64,000 bases of DNA from contig NMRA01000430.1 of the NCBI GenBank assembly GCA_002633005.1, positions 99,420 through 163,419 on the forward strand, written 5' to 3'. The notes beneath the pieces were generated by a model. The model made no database searches. It was not told the DNA's origin and was given only the letters and a program-made list of their open reading frames with translations. This DNA is from Phoronis australis. Lineage: Eukaryota > Animalia > Phoronida. Below, piece by piece: positions 38,901-51,454 of this stretch. Numbering within the stretch: position 1 is the first letter of the stretch; every line of letters starts with the position of its first letter. A program made the position numbers and the translations under genes.

Positions 38901-41900
38901 TTAAATGATCATGTAGTTTCTTGTTTGTTTTTTAATGAAACATCATGTTACGTACGTTTAGAGGTAAAAGGAACTTCCCTTCAGATATCTGTCTGTCAAT
39001 GAAAGTATTTATGAATTAAATTTATCGTTGAATGAATCTTAGTCTGGTGAGCCTATCTTGTGACTTTATGTTTACTATGCTACTCAATTTTGTTGAATAT
39101 TTTGCAGTACAGCAGTAATTTGGATGAGTTGCCTGCTTATAAAGGAGGACGAGATAATATGTGGAGACTACTTACACTGGACGGTAAGTGTTGCTTATTC
39201 TTGCTGTGTAAGTACCGCGGTCCATGTATTGCTATTTCATTCCAGGTTCTACCAACTTTAGCGTCTGGAACCATGTTGTTAATGTTATTTCTATGGTTTA
39301 ATTTGCTTCAAACCTGACACCTCGAACAAGGTTTCCAGGTTCCAAGTTCAACTTTTTTCAAACTCTCAATCGGCAGCATTGCAACATGAAGCTTACAACC
39401 TACAGTGCATACTCCAGGTCACGTTCTCACTGACATCTTAAATCACGTTCTCTGATTTCCATTTCAATTAACCAATCATCAACTGCAATTGAAACATATT
39501 CAATCTGAATGAAATACTTGAAAATTGCTGAAATATAATTTACTTCATTTTCATTTTGGTTATAGTTGTAAAGCTCTTAAATGAACTTATCGACTTGTGT
39601 ATTTTTGTTTCAGTCGTGCCTCGTCAAACGATATTTTACGATGTTCTTGATTTTCTTTACACTCGTAAACTGACAACGAGGTTAAAAAAAGTAGTTCCCA
39701 CTTTGGTAGCCAGACCTGTCACTCAAGAAGTACAGTTACAGCACATTGAAGTCATCACTAGACCAAGGTACTGCAGTAGGGTAAATACAAAGTAGAATTA
39801 AAGCATACTGAAGCTAATACTAACTTGCTTACCTTAGTCACTTAGGTTGACGCAGACAATCAGCTAAATGATAATCCTGATTTTTTTTATTACTCATTAT
39901 TAAATGGTCATATTTGGTTGTACGCCCACCCTGAATTTATGCAGTTAGTCAGGATTTCATTAGGTCCGTGAAAGCACAAAGATCTATGAAGAACACAGTA
40001 GAAAGTATCAGGTCCCTGCCAAAATTTATTCGACTGTTGAGGGTGAATTGACTAGTGTAAATTAATGCAACTCTCTAAGCATTGTGTAACTCCTTGATTG
40101 GGTAAGTTGAGTTGTTGTCCATGCTTGACTAAATGCCCACCCCCTCCCGATTTTTAATTGTTGAATTTTTGCAAAGTACGTTATTCTGTCATAACATTTG
40201 TTTTTGGTTTATTAGTCACTTTTCTGGCGACTGTTATTTTTTTGACTAATCATTCCTCTTTTTCTTGTCGATTGACCCCATTGTAGGCCGCTATTTTTGT
40301 CTGATTGAATAATGCGTCTCATCAACAGTTTGAGACCAATGGATGGGTCTGTTTCTTGCTACAACTCCTGATTTTTTAATTATTCAAGATTTACTGATAG
40401 CTGCTCTCTTGTTGAGTGATTTTTAGCTGCACATTTGTTGGTCTAGCATCTACTGTCCAAGGCTTTGTTCATTATCATCATCATTTTCAGTTTTGCTAAT
40501 TTTACCCTCCCGGGTACTTCCATTTAGTCTCTCGATTTAAATGCCTGGGGCTCTCCCTGTAAAGTGGCAATGCAATTAATTCCAGACATAGAACCTGTTC
40601 ACTTGAAAGATTTTTATTGATCAATACTGTTAAGGCTTTTACAAGCCTTTGACTTGGTTTACCTTCTGTTTTCAAATTGGCCTGCCTGTATCCTGACCAC
40701 AGAGTACTTCTGCTAAGCAGGCACTGCCATGGGTTTTTTGGTGGAGAACTTTTAAGTCGTCACTAAATGTGCTTTGTACGCTGCAGGACTCCATCACCAG
40801 AGAGAAAGTATCCTACACGTCTACCAACCAGACAAAGGTCAGACGTCACAAGTAGAAGGTCTCAGCAAGCTGTACGCCGAGCAGAAAAAATGAAGAAAAT
40901 GTATGCAGGAGAACCAGAGATGAAAATGGTAATTACAACTTCTTCAAATGTTCATTAAATGCAGCTTGGGTAAAATAGGCATCTTGTACAGGGTGATTCA
41001 GAAATGTACTCACATTTCAAATGTTGAAAACACGACTGGACTTTTTGTTTGACAGCTTAATACAGACTCGCTCGTAGTGTCTAAACAATCTCCTCTCTTC
41101 AGGCGTGCAGCTATGTAGCAAAACACCGAGAGACATAACAGACAAACGAATTAAAACACTGGCTACATTTTGAGACCGCATGTCTCATCACCAGGCACTG
41201 AGTGAAATGAACATATATGAAATGAAATAAACAGTGAAATACAAGGTAACAAGCAGAGAGTGTGACTGAATCACACACTGGGAGGCCCACAAGCCGGTAA
41301 CGAAACAGAGCCAGCGTGCGTTCAGCAAAGTGTGTGTTAACGAAGGGCTGCTATTGAACTATACATTTCAAATGGCATAATCGTGTGGTTTATTGACTTA
41401 GGAACAAGGTTCCTGGTTTGAATTCATAAATGGGTGATTAAAAGGGATTTAAGTCTTTAAATCAATGTAAATGAATTGTTTATTAACTTGGTAGGAAAAT
41501 TAATGGAACACTGCAGTTCCCCGACGTTTTTGAGTTTCTAGTAGCATTGTGTGAAAATGTTTCTTTCTCTAAAACTCCATTCCTGCGCATACACTGAGCA
41601 TGCGACCGCTCATGTACCTACTTTCATAGCAAGGTGTAATCATACAGTGGGCTTGGGCAGAGTCTGATCCACTGAATTGAAACTCCCAGCATTGTAGTGA
41701 AGTGTGAGTACATTTTTTGTGGGAATAGTCATACTTTATGAAAAAATTATTAAGTGAAATACGACAATACAAGAGAACTGTTTGTAAAAATTGCAGTTGG
41801 AATTTTCATGAAGTTGGACGAAGTTCTGTGGTACAGTTGTTCTAGATTGTGCACTGGATCTTTCAAGAAGTCAGTTTAATTCTTTACACCAAAAAGCCAT

Positions 41901-42531
41901 GGTTAAGTTATATGCAAGTTTCTGTGTACTTTTCTCACCAAAACTGTTCTTCACTGTGATCTCTCTTGACTTTTAGCGATGCGTTGTATTTGACTGCTTT
42001 AACTTGCTTGTCAGCTGTTTTATAGTGTTTAAAGTTCTTAGCAGCACAAGTTACGAAGTTCTAGTAGTGAAACTCAACTAAATGAAGGTCATGGTGATGA
42101 AACGTAACAAAGGGTGCCACCCCAAATCATTAATCAAAACAAATGGTGCCACCCCAAATCATTAATCAAAACAAAGGGTGCCACCCTAAATCATGAATCA
42201 AAACAAAGGGTGCCACCCCAAATCATTAATGAAAACAAAGGGTGCCACCCCAAATCATGAATCGAAACAAAGGGTGCCACCCCAAATCATGAATCGAAAC
42301 AAAGGGTGCCACCCCAAATCATCAATTGAAACAGTGGTTTCAACGATCCAGCTGCCTGGTGCTTTAAAAGTGAAAACTTGGTCAGACACTAAATGCTCAT
42401 TTTTGTTCTAGGAACATGAGGACGAGTTGTGTGACGACGTTCAGGAAGATGAATGGGAGCAAGAGGCGGACGAGTTGTATGCTTGGACTCGTGCTCTGGA
42501 TGACCAGACATTAGAGACACCCAAACTATGA
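35932..42531 (+). CDS. CXorf58: CXorf58-like uncharacterised protein, 9 coding exons, about 397 aa
   Basis: Exons 35932-36191, 36916-37015, 37616-37710, 38151-38265, 38706-38837, 39108-39183, 39614-39767, 40787-40928, 42412-42531. All GT-AG; total 1194 nt. Motifs RFRFGGREFPPLIYFKIF, DACDRMG, VTDEMDITTLKDYMQY, DELPAYKGGRDNMWR and RPVTQE match my recollection of CXorf58. Confidence 0.85.
42106..42322. repeat. 32-bp minisatellite, about 7 copies
   Basis: AACAAAGGGTGCCACCCCAAATCATKAATCRA units in the last CXorf58-like intron. Confidence 0.95.
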
Positions 42532-44187
42532 CTGTGTTTGTGTAATGTTCACACAGTTTTGGCCATGCCTTCATCATGTCGATCATTCTACATCAACATG
42601 TGCCAGCATGCTTCCAGTACGAGATGCTTTTCGTGTGAATATGGGGTGTATTCCACAATTGACACTGCAATTGCAAGAAACTCATAAAACCACTTGTGGC
42701 AAAAAACATTGTTCATGGAATGGAGATTCTGAATTGTATCCCATAATTCAACAATGCGTCCTTATCCATCAGTCACTTCAGTGGGTGCCATTTTACATGT
42801 GTAAGATCTTGAGAGCATACTTGTGAAATACGCGCCTTCCACCTGCATGATTTGGCGTGGTCTTACATATGATCTTACTTTTTCCGAGTCCCAAGTGTCT
42901 TGGGTCTATGGAACACACCCCAATGGAGGAAACACTGCTTAATGTTTCTGAACTACCATGGACTTCTTGATACTTATCTGGGTAGTGATGTAAATATCGA
43001 TGAGTTTGTGGTATAGTTTTCAGCCCTAGCCTACAATATCATGGAATGAGGGTTGGAATGCCAACATTGGCAGAAACTCAAATGTTGTGATATTGAGTAC
43101 CACGCAGCGAATGTTATGCAAATAACAATGAGCATTAATGATTCGCCAAAACAAGCACCTCCCCAGCTGCTTATCCAGGGGTGCAGACCCCCTGCTCTGC
43201 TCCTCTTGTTTGGCTCTAATTGAAGAAAACAAAGTATGCCCCCGTTTGTCTCTCTCCACTGTCAGGCCTCCTAGTCATGATCCTGGATTAGCGCCTATTC
43301 CATTAGTAAGTCTTCTGTACATCCTTAGGAGTGTAGGTAGGTAAAGCAGTCTGGGTGGGGGCAGGGTGAAGGGCTAAAATGTTGGAGTGTCAAAATTATA
43401 TTGTATCTGCATCAACCAGGAAGAAGCGTCCTCCTCCAATTTTAATTGCTCCATATTGTCATATGTATATAGGTTACATTTTGCATTGTGTTCAACTATA
43501 ACAAAGGTACATTTAGGTCTCGTTTCATCAAAAGTGAGAATTCCAGCCTTTGCTAAGACGGATCTGAATTCGATTTTATGTTGCACATTACAAAACTCAT
43601 GATGGCAGTCATCAAGTATGAATATGAAAAACTATGCTTTAACGTCACTTGCCACATTTCAGTCTCAGTAAAAGTTGCGGTTGTGTTTACAGCAACACGC
43701 TTATGACCTTCTTAGCTACAGCTAGACTTACAACCTTTGATGAAACGGGGTGCTTGACTGTAAGAGAGGGGTATGTACTTTGGATGAGGTCACATCTTGG
43801 CTAAGGTGTACAACACATTTGTCACTTTATGCGTTAAATTGAAAAGTGTTGGCAGCTGGGCCCGGTCTTTAATCTTTGTACTCGAAACGAACTCGAAACT
43901 ATTTTTGGCAATTTCTCTGCTCCTTTTGTGCGAACTTAAAGATAATTGGTTATCAGACTGTGCTCGAATACATTATAGTTTATGCATAGCAGTTTCTAGT
44001 TCAAGTTTGCCCTTGAAGACCCTTATATTCGTGCTACAAACTCGAGTAAAAACTCGAAATTTCGAGTTCAAACTCGAACTTATTGCTTTAATATTGGGTT
44101 TACAAACTGTGAACTAAGGGCAATAAATTATCTACGTAAGTTATTGTGTACTCGAGCATAGAATAATAGACACTTATCTTGAGTTCG

Positions 44188-45016
44188 NNNNNNNNNNNNN
44201 NNNNNNNNNNNNNNNNNNNNNNNNNNNNNNNNNNNNNNNNNNNNNNNNNNNNNNNNNNNNNNNNNNNNNNNNNNNNNNNNNNNNNNNNNNNNNNNNNNNN
44301 NNNNNNNNNNNNNNNNNNNNNNNNNNNNNNNNNNNNNNNNNNNNNNNNNNNNNNNNNNNNNNNNNNNNNNNNNNNNNNNNNNNNNNNNNNNNNNNNNNNN
44401 NNNNNNNNNNNNNNNNNNNNNNNNNNNNNNNNNNNNNNNNNNNNNNNNNNNNNNNNNNNNNNNNNNNNNNNNNNNNNNNNNNNNNNNNNNNNNNNNNNNN
44501 NNNNNNNNNNNNNNNNNNNNNNNNNNNNNNNNNNNNNNNNNNNNNNNNNNNNNNNNNNNNNNNNNNNNNNNNNNNNNNNNNNNNNNNNNNNNNNNNNNNN
44601 NNNNNNNNNNNNNNNNNNNNNNNNNNNNNNNNNNNNNNNNNNNNNNNNNNNNNNNNNNNNNNNNNNNNNNNNNNNNNNNNNNNNNNNNNNNNNNNNNNNN
44701 NNNNNNNNNNNNNNNNNNNNNNNNNNNNNNNNNNNNNNNNNNNNNNNNNNNNNNNNNNNNNNNNNNNNNNNNNNNNNNNNNNNNNNNNNNNNNNNNNNNN
44801 NNNNNNNNNNNNNNNNNNNNNNNNNNNNNNNNNNNNNNNNNNNNNNNNNNNNNNNNNNNNNNNNNNNNNNNNNNNNNNNNNNNNNNNNNNNNNNNNNNNN
44901 NNNNNNNNNNNNNNNNNNNNNNNNNNNNNNNNNNNNNNNNNNNNNNNNNNNNNNNNNNNNNNNNNNNNNNNNNNNNNNNNNNNNNNNNNNNNNNNNNNNN
45001 NNNNNNNNNNNNNNNN
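44188..45016. other. Assembly gap (829 N)
   Basis: Run of N, flanked by a CTCGAA-rich repeat-like stretch and a MITE end (..GGATCCGCACCTG at about 45030-45042). Confidence 1.
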
Positions 45017-45784
45017 AACTCAAAATCCTGGATCCGCACCTGTGGTCTCACTAGTTGTCTTCTGAACTCGGTCTCTGTGTCGGCGGGAGATGTATACAAG
45101 GGACTGGATGAGAACCTGGATATAACGTGGGATTTTCGAGGATTTTACGTATTTTGTCTCACTCGACACATTCGCGCCCACTCAGACGATAACATATGCC
45201 GTCGCCATCTGCACTAGATATTGTCGCCTGACGGTAACATGTTTCGGTAAGCACGCGGCATATATTCAGTTGCACCGGCACATATTGTTGCCCTTCATGT
45301 TATTTTTAATGCAGACTGTGGACTTTTATTGCACGAAATTAAAACTGTGTCCCTAATCTTATTTAATTGACCCTCCCACCGAATCCGGCTACATCCCAAT
45401 TGTTTGAAATTGAACAATGACATAAAAACTGACGCCACTGGTGGGGGCTTTGTCTGGCGGGCATGCCGTGAAAAATACGCTAACAAGAAAGTCACGCATT
45501 TCTAAATATATGCGGGAATTTTCGCCTCTCGTCCTTTTACCAGGATCAAAGAGAGCGCGGCGCCAGATTCGGATACAGTTGTGATGATCGCATTGTCCGG
45601 TGCGAGCAAGACCCCACCATAAACCGAAGTAAACATCTCTGCCTGTACTTCAAAATGTATTAAGTAATAATTTTCATCAAAAACGAACACCACGGCGGTA
45701 TTAAGCTGGAAAAAAGAACCAAGTATGGTTTTCGATTTATAAAAAGCGATGAACTAATAAGCTAAAAGCATTGGGTGGATATTG

Positions 45785-47430
45785 GACATACTCGTTGGAT
45801 TTACAAACGCTGATCGAAGTTAACAATATCACACGCATTATTCTTTAAATATTCTTTCAATCTCGTTTAACCAGATTTTTTATTAGGAAACAGTTGTACT
45901 TAACTTGTGTCCACTCTTCATTTTTTATGACTGATATCAAGCTAGAATAGTTAGTCTGTGCAACTGAAATTGTCCACCGATTCCAAATCTTCAGTTTGGC
46001 CATCACCATATTGGCACTTTTGTATACATTTTATGACTTGAGTTCTAATAAAGATTAAAGTTGGACTAGTGACGTGTAGTTTTGTTTGCTGTGAAATGTT
46101 TAGTTTTAGGAGTAATCTGGAAAGTTCAGGGATGGGTTCACACTAAACTAAACTAATTTTAATTAAAAGTTTTGCTGGCGATCAAAATCTACCATCGATT
46201 TGGTACTTCTCTATATGTCGCTCTCGAAAACACCTTTATGAAACTATTTCTGTGATCTCATCTCTTCGGACGACCATACCACTTCCCTCGGTTCCACTCA
46301 GTTTCCAAAAGTAGGTTTACTGTAAACTCAAGAGCTACATGGAGCGTTGAAATGCACCCATGACTGTAATGCAATGCCAGTAGTGTTTTTGATATCGTAA
46401 AATGGCCATTAAACGGCACAGAATGCATTGAATTACCTATCCAAAGCAAGGCGTCGTCTTCTCTATAAGAACACTGTCCGGCAAAATTAAATGAAAATCC
46501 GCAGGCGTAACTCACTTTTTTGAGAAAAAAATGAAATTTCCTCGGAGGCACAGCAGTGTTCCAATTGTTGTCGAGTTTAAAATAGGACTACACACTCCAA
46601 ATTGTTACCTTGCAAAGGGTTAAATAGATAAAAACATAGATGTGCAACAAGAGCAACGCGGAGCGTTGAAATTCGCCCACGATAGCACTGCATAAGGTGT
46701 GCTTCAATGAGTATACTTAGAATTACAAGAATGTCCGTTAGATGTCGCATGTTGCGTCAAACCCATCCGAATTAAGAAGGTGGCGCCATGTCTGCAAAAC
46801 ATAACTATTTGCAGAATTTCATGAAAATAAGCTAACGAAGTCATAAGATATAGAGGCAAACGTAAGAAATAAACAATTGCCATTAGGGGCCACAGCTATA
46901 GTTCGATTTGTCTGTATCTGGTCATCTCTAGCCATTGCCGTGCCGTCTCTCATGGGATGTATAATAAAACAGTTAGCTGCAAAGTTATTGCACAGATATC
47001 AGATATCTGGAAATCTTCTGGAAAGGCAGAGAGACAATGAGGCAGATAAACGACCGTGCGTATTGACATAGGCCTACTCGTTGGATTTATACAAACGCTG
47101 ATCAAAGTTAACAACATCACACGCATTATTCTTTAAATATTCTTTCAATCTCTTTTAACCAGGTTTTAGACTAGGAAACAGTTGTATTTAACTTTTGCCC
47201 ACTCTTCATTTTTTATGACTGACAAACAGCTATATGAGAATAGTTTTGTAATCAGAGCCACAGAAACTGTCCAGAAATTCCAAATCTTCACTTTCGCTAT
47301 CACCATCGTTTGTACACTTAGATACATGTTATGATTTGAGTTCTAATAAAGATTAAACTTGAACTAATGGCACGTGTAGTTTTGATCGCTGTGAAATGTT
47401 TTGTGTAGCTGATATCTGGAAAGTTCAAAT
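45785..47430 (+). repeat. Diverged direct repeat of about 350-400 bp (about 45785-46150 and 47076-47430)
   Basis: Both copies begin TACTCGTTGGATTT..ACAAACGCTGATC.AAGTTAACAA.ATCACACGCATTATTCTTTAAATATTC and stay colinear with scattered mismatches. Confidence 0.85.
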
Positions 47431-48849
47431 AACTACGCTAATTAAGCGTCTCTGACGATGAAAATCGATCGATGTTTTAATACTTCAACTTTAAAAAATA
47501 AAAGATATCAACCCGTTCCCGGTTAAAAACAGGTAGACAGGACTATTAAAACCGGTATGAAACATATCGTTCCATTGGTAAGTGGCTTCGGTCAAGATAA
47601 ACACATCAAATTAACTTTATAGTCATTTTGTAATATTTAAATGTACCAAGTTAAAACTGCTCTCCATAGTGGCAGGCCATATGCAAATGCCAGAGAAAAC
47701 CAATTCGGGTGTAATAACAATCAGGGTGCTAGCTCATTACCTATCTATTTCATTCCTTCAAATCTACATCAATGCAAAGGGTGAGCTGAATAGGCATCAT
47801 AAAAACAGCTAGGCTCGTAGGAAGGAAAAAATTATTGGGGGGGGGACACAAAACAATGATTTCGCCAACCTAACCCCTTGCTATCGTCACCCCCCACCCC
47901 ATTCTCTGGATGTCACCAGATTTGTACCGAGCCCCAACGGTGACCCCCACGTCCGCCATTGATGGGGATAATACCGCAGCCATCAGGATTTGGGTAATCG
48001 TGAACCAACAAAGATTCACGGAGAGTAAGAAATGGTCTAGGCCCCGAGCGCACTGACGGGTAGCTGGGAACTGCCTGAAGTAATAGCTGGGTCGAAGGCC
48101 AAGGTTCCAGTTTCGGGAAAACTTCATTTTATTATGGCCATTCTTTAAGTAATTTTTGGAAAGGTGAGGTCCCGAGGGGTGCCTTTGTGACCGTTTCAGA
48201 ATCCCTTGATGACACAAAGGCGGTACTCCAGCTTCTAGTTGCTGGGAAAATGATACAGAGTGTGTTCCAAAAATGTACACATTTCAACGCCTGGAGTTCA
48301 AATTAAGATCTCGTGGATAACTGGGATTCTAAGCCGGCCTACCGAATTGTTACACCTTATTTTTAACGTGGGTGTGCCTGTCATGACGTGCTCTGTGCAT
48401 GCGCGCACCCCAGGGGGGGGGGAGCTCGGGGGCTCGCTGGCAACTGAAAGTGGGCAAGAAGGTCCACCTCAGAAAAACAAAAAGTCCGAGAAAAACGAGA
48501 CAAAAGTCCACTAAAAAGGCAGGATTCGGCGAATGCACAATTTATGAACGAACTCCCGTGTTGTTTTTGTTTTCGTTAGTAAAAGGTCCACATCCTCAAA
48601 AATTCGAGCCCCCCTATATTTCAGACTGGGTACGCGTATGCCGTCTGTGTAGTGTGCACGGGAAATGCAAGCAAACGATTCAGTTTTGAAGAAAAATACT
48701 ACTGGAAACCAAAAACAGCAAGGAAGTTCAAAGACAACCTTTCCTAGTTGATGACGGTTTGTAAACTTAAACCCACAAATCTAGTTCCTAAGCTACTAAA
48801 CAATTTATTGTCACTTGAATTGTGAGAACATTTTAGGACACTTTGTTGA

Positions 48850-49430
48850 GTTGTCCGAAATTCATCAATTACTTTGAGACTTATTTCAGATAGACAAAAA
48901 TCCTTTTGTGTACTTTTATATTTGGAGATCTGATGATAAATCGAATTTCCCAATGTCGGCCTGCAATTAAGTTCATTGAAGTATTGTCATTTCTTACAAG
49001 ATTAGCTTCTAATTGTCAAAAAATCATCTCTCAATCAGATACATAAATCAGAAACCAACAACAAAATCCATGAGCATTGCGTTTACCTTGATTTAATGAC
49101 TTAATTCCTTTTTGATCCCCTGTGTCTTTAAACAACAAATCTTGTACCCAAGTCAAAAAGCAATGCATTTATTGTCATATGAATTGTGAGTTAATTGTTT
49201 TGGGAAGTGTCCAAATTCCGCCAATGTTTTTGAGAGTTATTTTAGATAGGCAAAAAGCGTCAAATGCACTTTACAATTTGGGGATCGGATTATAGTTTTT
49301 TCCATATTCAGGCTTCAACTAAATTCCCTGAATCGTTATCATTTCTTAAAAGATTAGCTTCTAATTGCCAAAAATCACCTATTAACTTGTCGGTTTTCGT
49401 AGATACATAAACATGTAAATCAGAAACCAA
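48850..49430 (+). repeat. Diverged direct repeat of about 200 bp (about 48850-49062 and 49207-49430)
   Basis: Shared AGATTAGCTTCTAATTG.CAAAAA and TAAATCAGAAACCAAC blocks. Confidence 0.75.
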
Positions 49431-49779
49431 CGAATTTATTGATCAAAACGGAATGTTATAAGCAGGCACGCTCGCAGATTTTTGACGGACATTCATAGTA
49501 AGGTGTATTTTTGCTCTTTCCGATGTACCTATAAGGGTTCACGAGTTTAACATGACCAAAGAAAAATTATTGCAAGTCATTTGGGTACACTCGTTCGACA
49601 TGTACACGGTCACCCCAATGGTAGCCTCGACAGCAGTGTTTTCCACATGTGGGAATTCCTTACAAACAACTCAATAGTAACCATCTTCGAAAGAGCTACT
49701 ATTGTTGTGATAATATGGGAAACAGTAACATTATTTTATAACCAACCATCGGAAATAGTAATTTTGTGTAATTAACAAA

Positions 49780-50750
49780 CATCAGTCTTTACGTTCTTTG
49801 AAATTCCTGACTCCCTTTCGATGGCGGTCAATCCTATTATATTTTCTTAACATTTTTTGGTTGTTTGGGTCGAATGTCTTGATACTGCTGTGCTGTGCAC
49901 GATTGTTTTGTTCAGTTGTGAATTTCGAATAAGAACTTCCCTCGTGAACACTTGGCAGTGTCGGATTTAGGCCTACATGCATAGGTGGATAAAGGAACAT
50001 TTCTTCGAACTGCTCCATCGAGAGAGGGTCCCGTCTGAAATGGGACATCTTAATCATGAAAAGCTAAGCATCACTGATTAAGCTTGGAAAAGAGTGACAG
50101 TTCATTCCACCGTGGAGTGGTCAGACGACGGTGCAGGAAGTGACCTTCCGGAAAGTTGGTTGCACGATTTCACAAAAAAAAACAGGAAAATAGACGTAAT
50201 CGAATCCAACACTGGGTCCTCTCTTCGTGAGCGTGCCTTTAAGAATTTGTCAATAGAAACATAAAAACTGCATGGGGCCACTTGAATGTCATCAATGGCC
50301 TCCTCCGTACGTGGGGCCGTGAAAACATCTATATCTTCAAAAATCAAGAAATGTGCAGCAATTGATGATATCTGTCAGGTCATTAATATACAATTCGAGA
50401 AAAAAGGGACAGCTGTATCCATTATCCCTTGCCAGAGAGGCCCGGGGCTTCTGGTTTTGCAGTCGCAATAGCGACTTACTGAATTTAAAAATCCAGTAAA
50501 TTCATACGCTCCGCAAAAGTTTCGCTTTACACCATTTTGTCAATTTTTCGAAATATATGCATGAAACATTATGTGCACGTTTCCAAGTGCATTTAGACGG
50601 CCTGTGCTGCGAAAGTGGAGACCCCAACAACAATGCCCTCATGGCCAGGGTCCTCAAAAGGTAAACCATGCACTGATACAGAGATGTAAAATGTTCTCTT
50701 GAGTTTTCTTTCTGGTCTATCCGCATTTAGCAGTCCTTCTTTTCTCGACT
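49780..50750 (-). mobile_element. Decayed transposase-like ORF fragments (possibly hAT-like)
   Basis: Chain of same-strand ORF pieces broken by stops and frameshifts, with protein-like segments such as PGPLWQGIMD and LGNVHIMFH. Family assignment is only a resemblance. Confidence 0.35.
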
Positions 50751-51454
50751 GTCCCCGCTCCCACGCGTATGTCAGTTGCCACGGTTTAACCCTGACGCCT
50801 AATTTTTTTTCGGTGGGATGGGCTTCCTACGGCCCCGTAAAAATTGTCTGGGGATGAGGGAATCTGAGCGGTGACCAGTGTAAGCGAGTAATTCTCCACA
50901 TGTCGATGGTCACAGGAAATTGTGTTTAGAGAACTCGGTGAGAAAGTCGTTTTAATATCTGTTAATGGATCAAAATTGTATTTGGTACCTTTTTGAGGTC
51001 TCTTTCTTGAAATGGACTTGAGACAAATTAAAGTGTCATCTTAAAACTGAGTGAAATTTATTAATTTTCGTGGCGGCCCCGGCCAGGGCTGGAGTTTTGA
51101 CCTAGATTCTACTAGTTGACCTAGAAGCTGACATATTAGGTCAGCAGTCATAAAGGGTTCTTTTATAACGTTTTGCGTGGAGTGGCACGTGACTTGTTAT
51201 TATATACAGCGGTGCCTGTTAGCGCATCCCTTTCATGACACAGTACCTAGGCCTACGGTAAAGTAAACCTGACTCGGCCTCGCTGATCTGATTTTGGAAG
51301 TAGGTCAACATCCTACGACCACAGAGATCCGGGAAGATAACTCGGTGCAAGTTATTCTGACCCCGTAACTCTGCCGCACGGTTTCGATCCGGGGTTTCGA
51401 TAAGATATCAGGCTCAAAGTAAGTCACCTTCGCAGTCTCTAGCGAGAAAGAAAA

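Noticed and set aside
44100-45099. Long ORFs of X
   Set aside because: They span the N gap.
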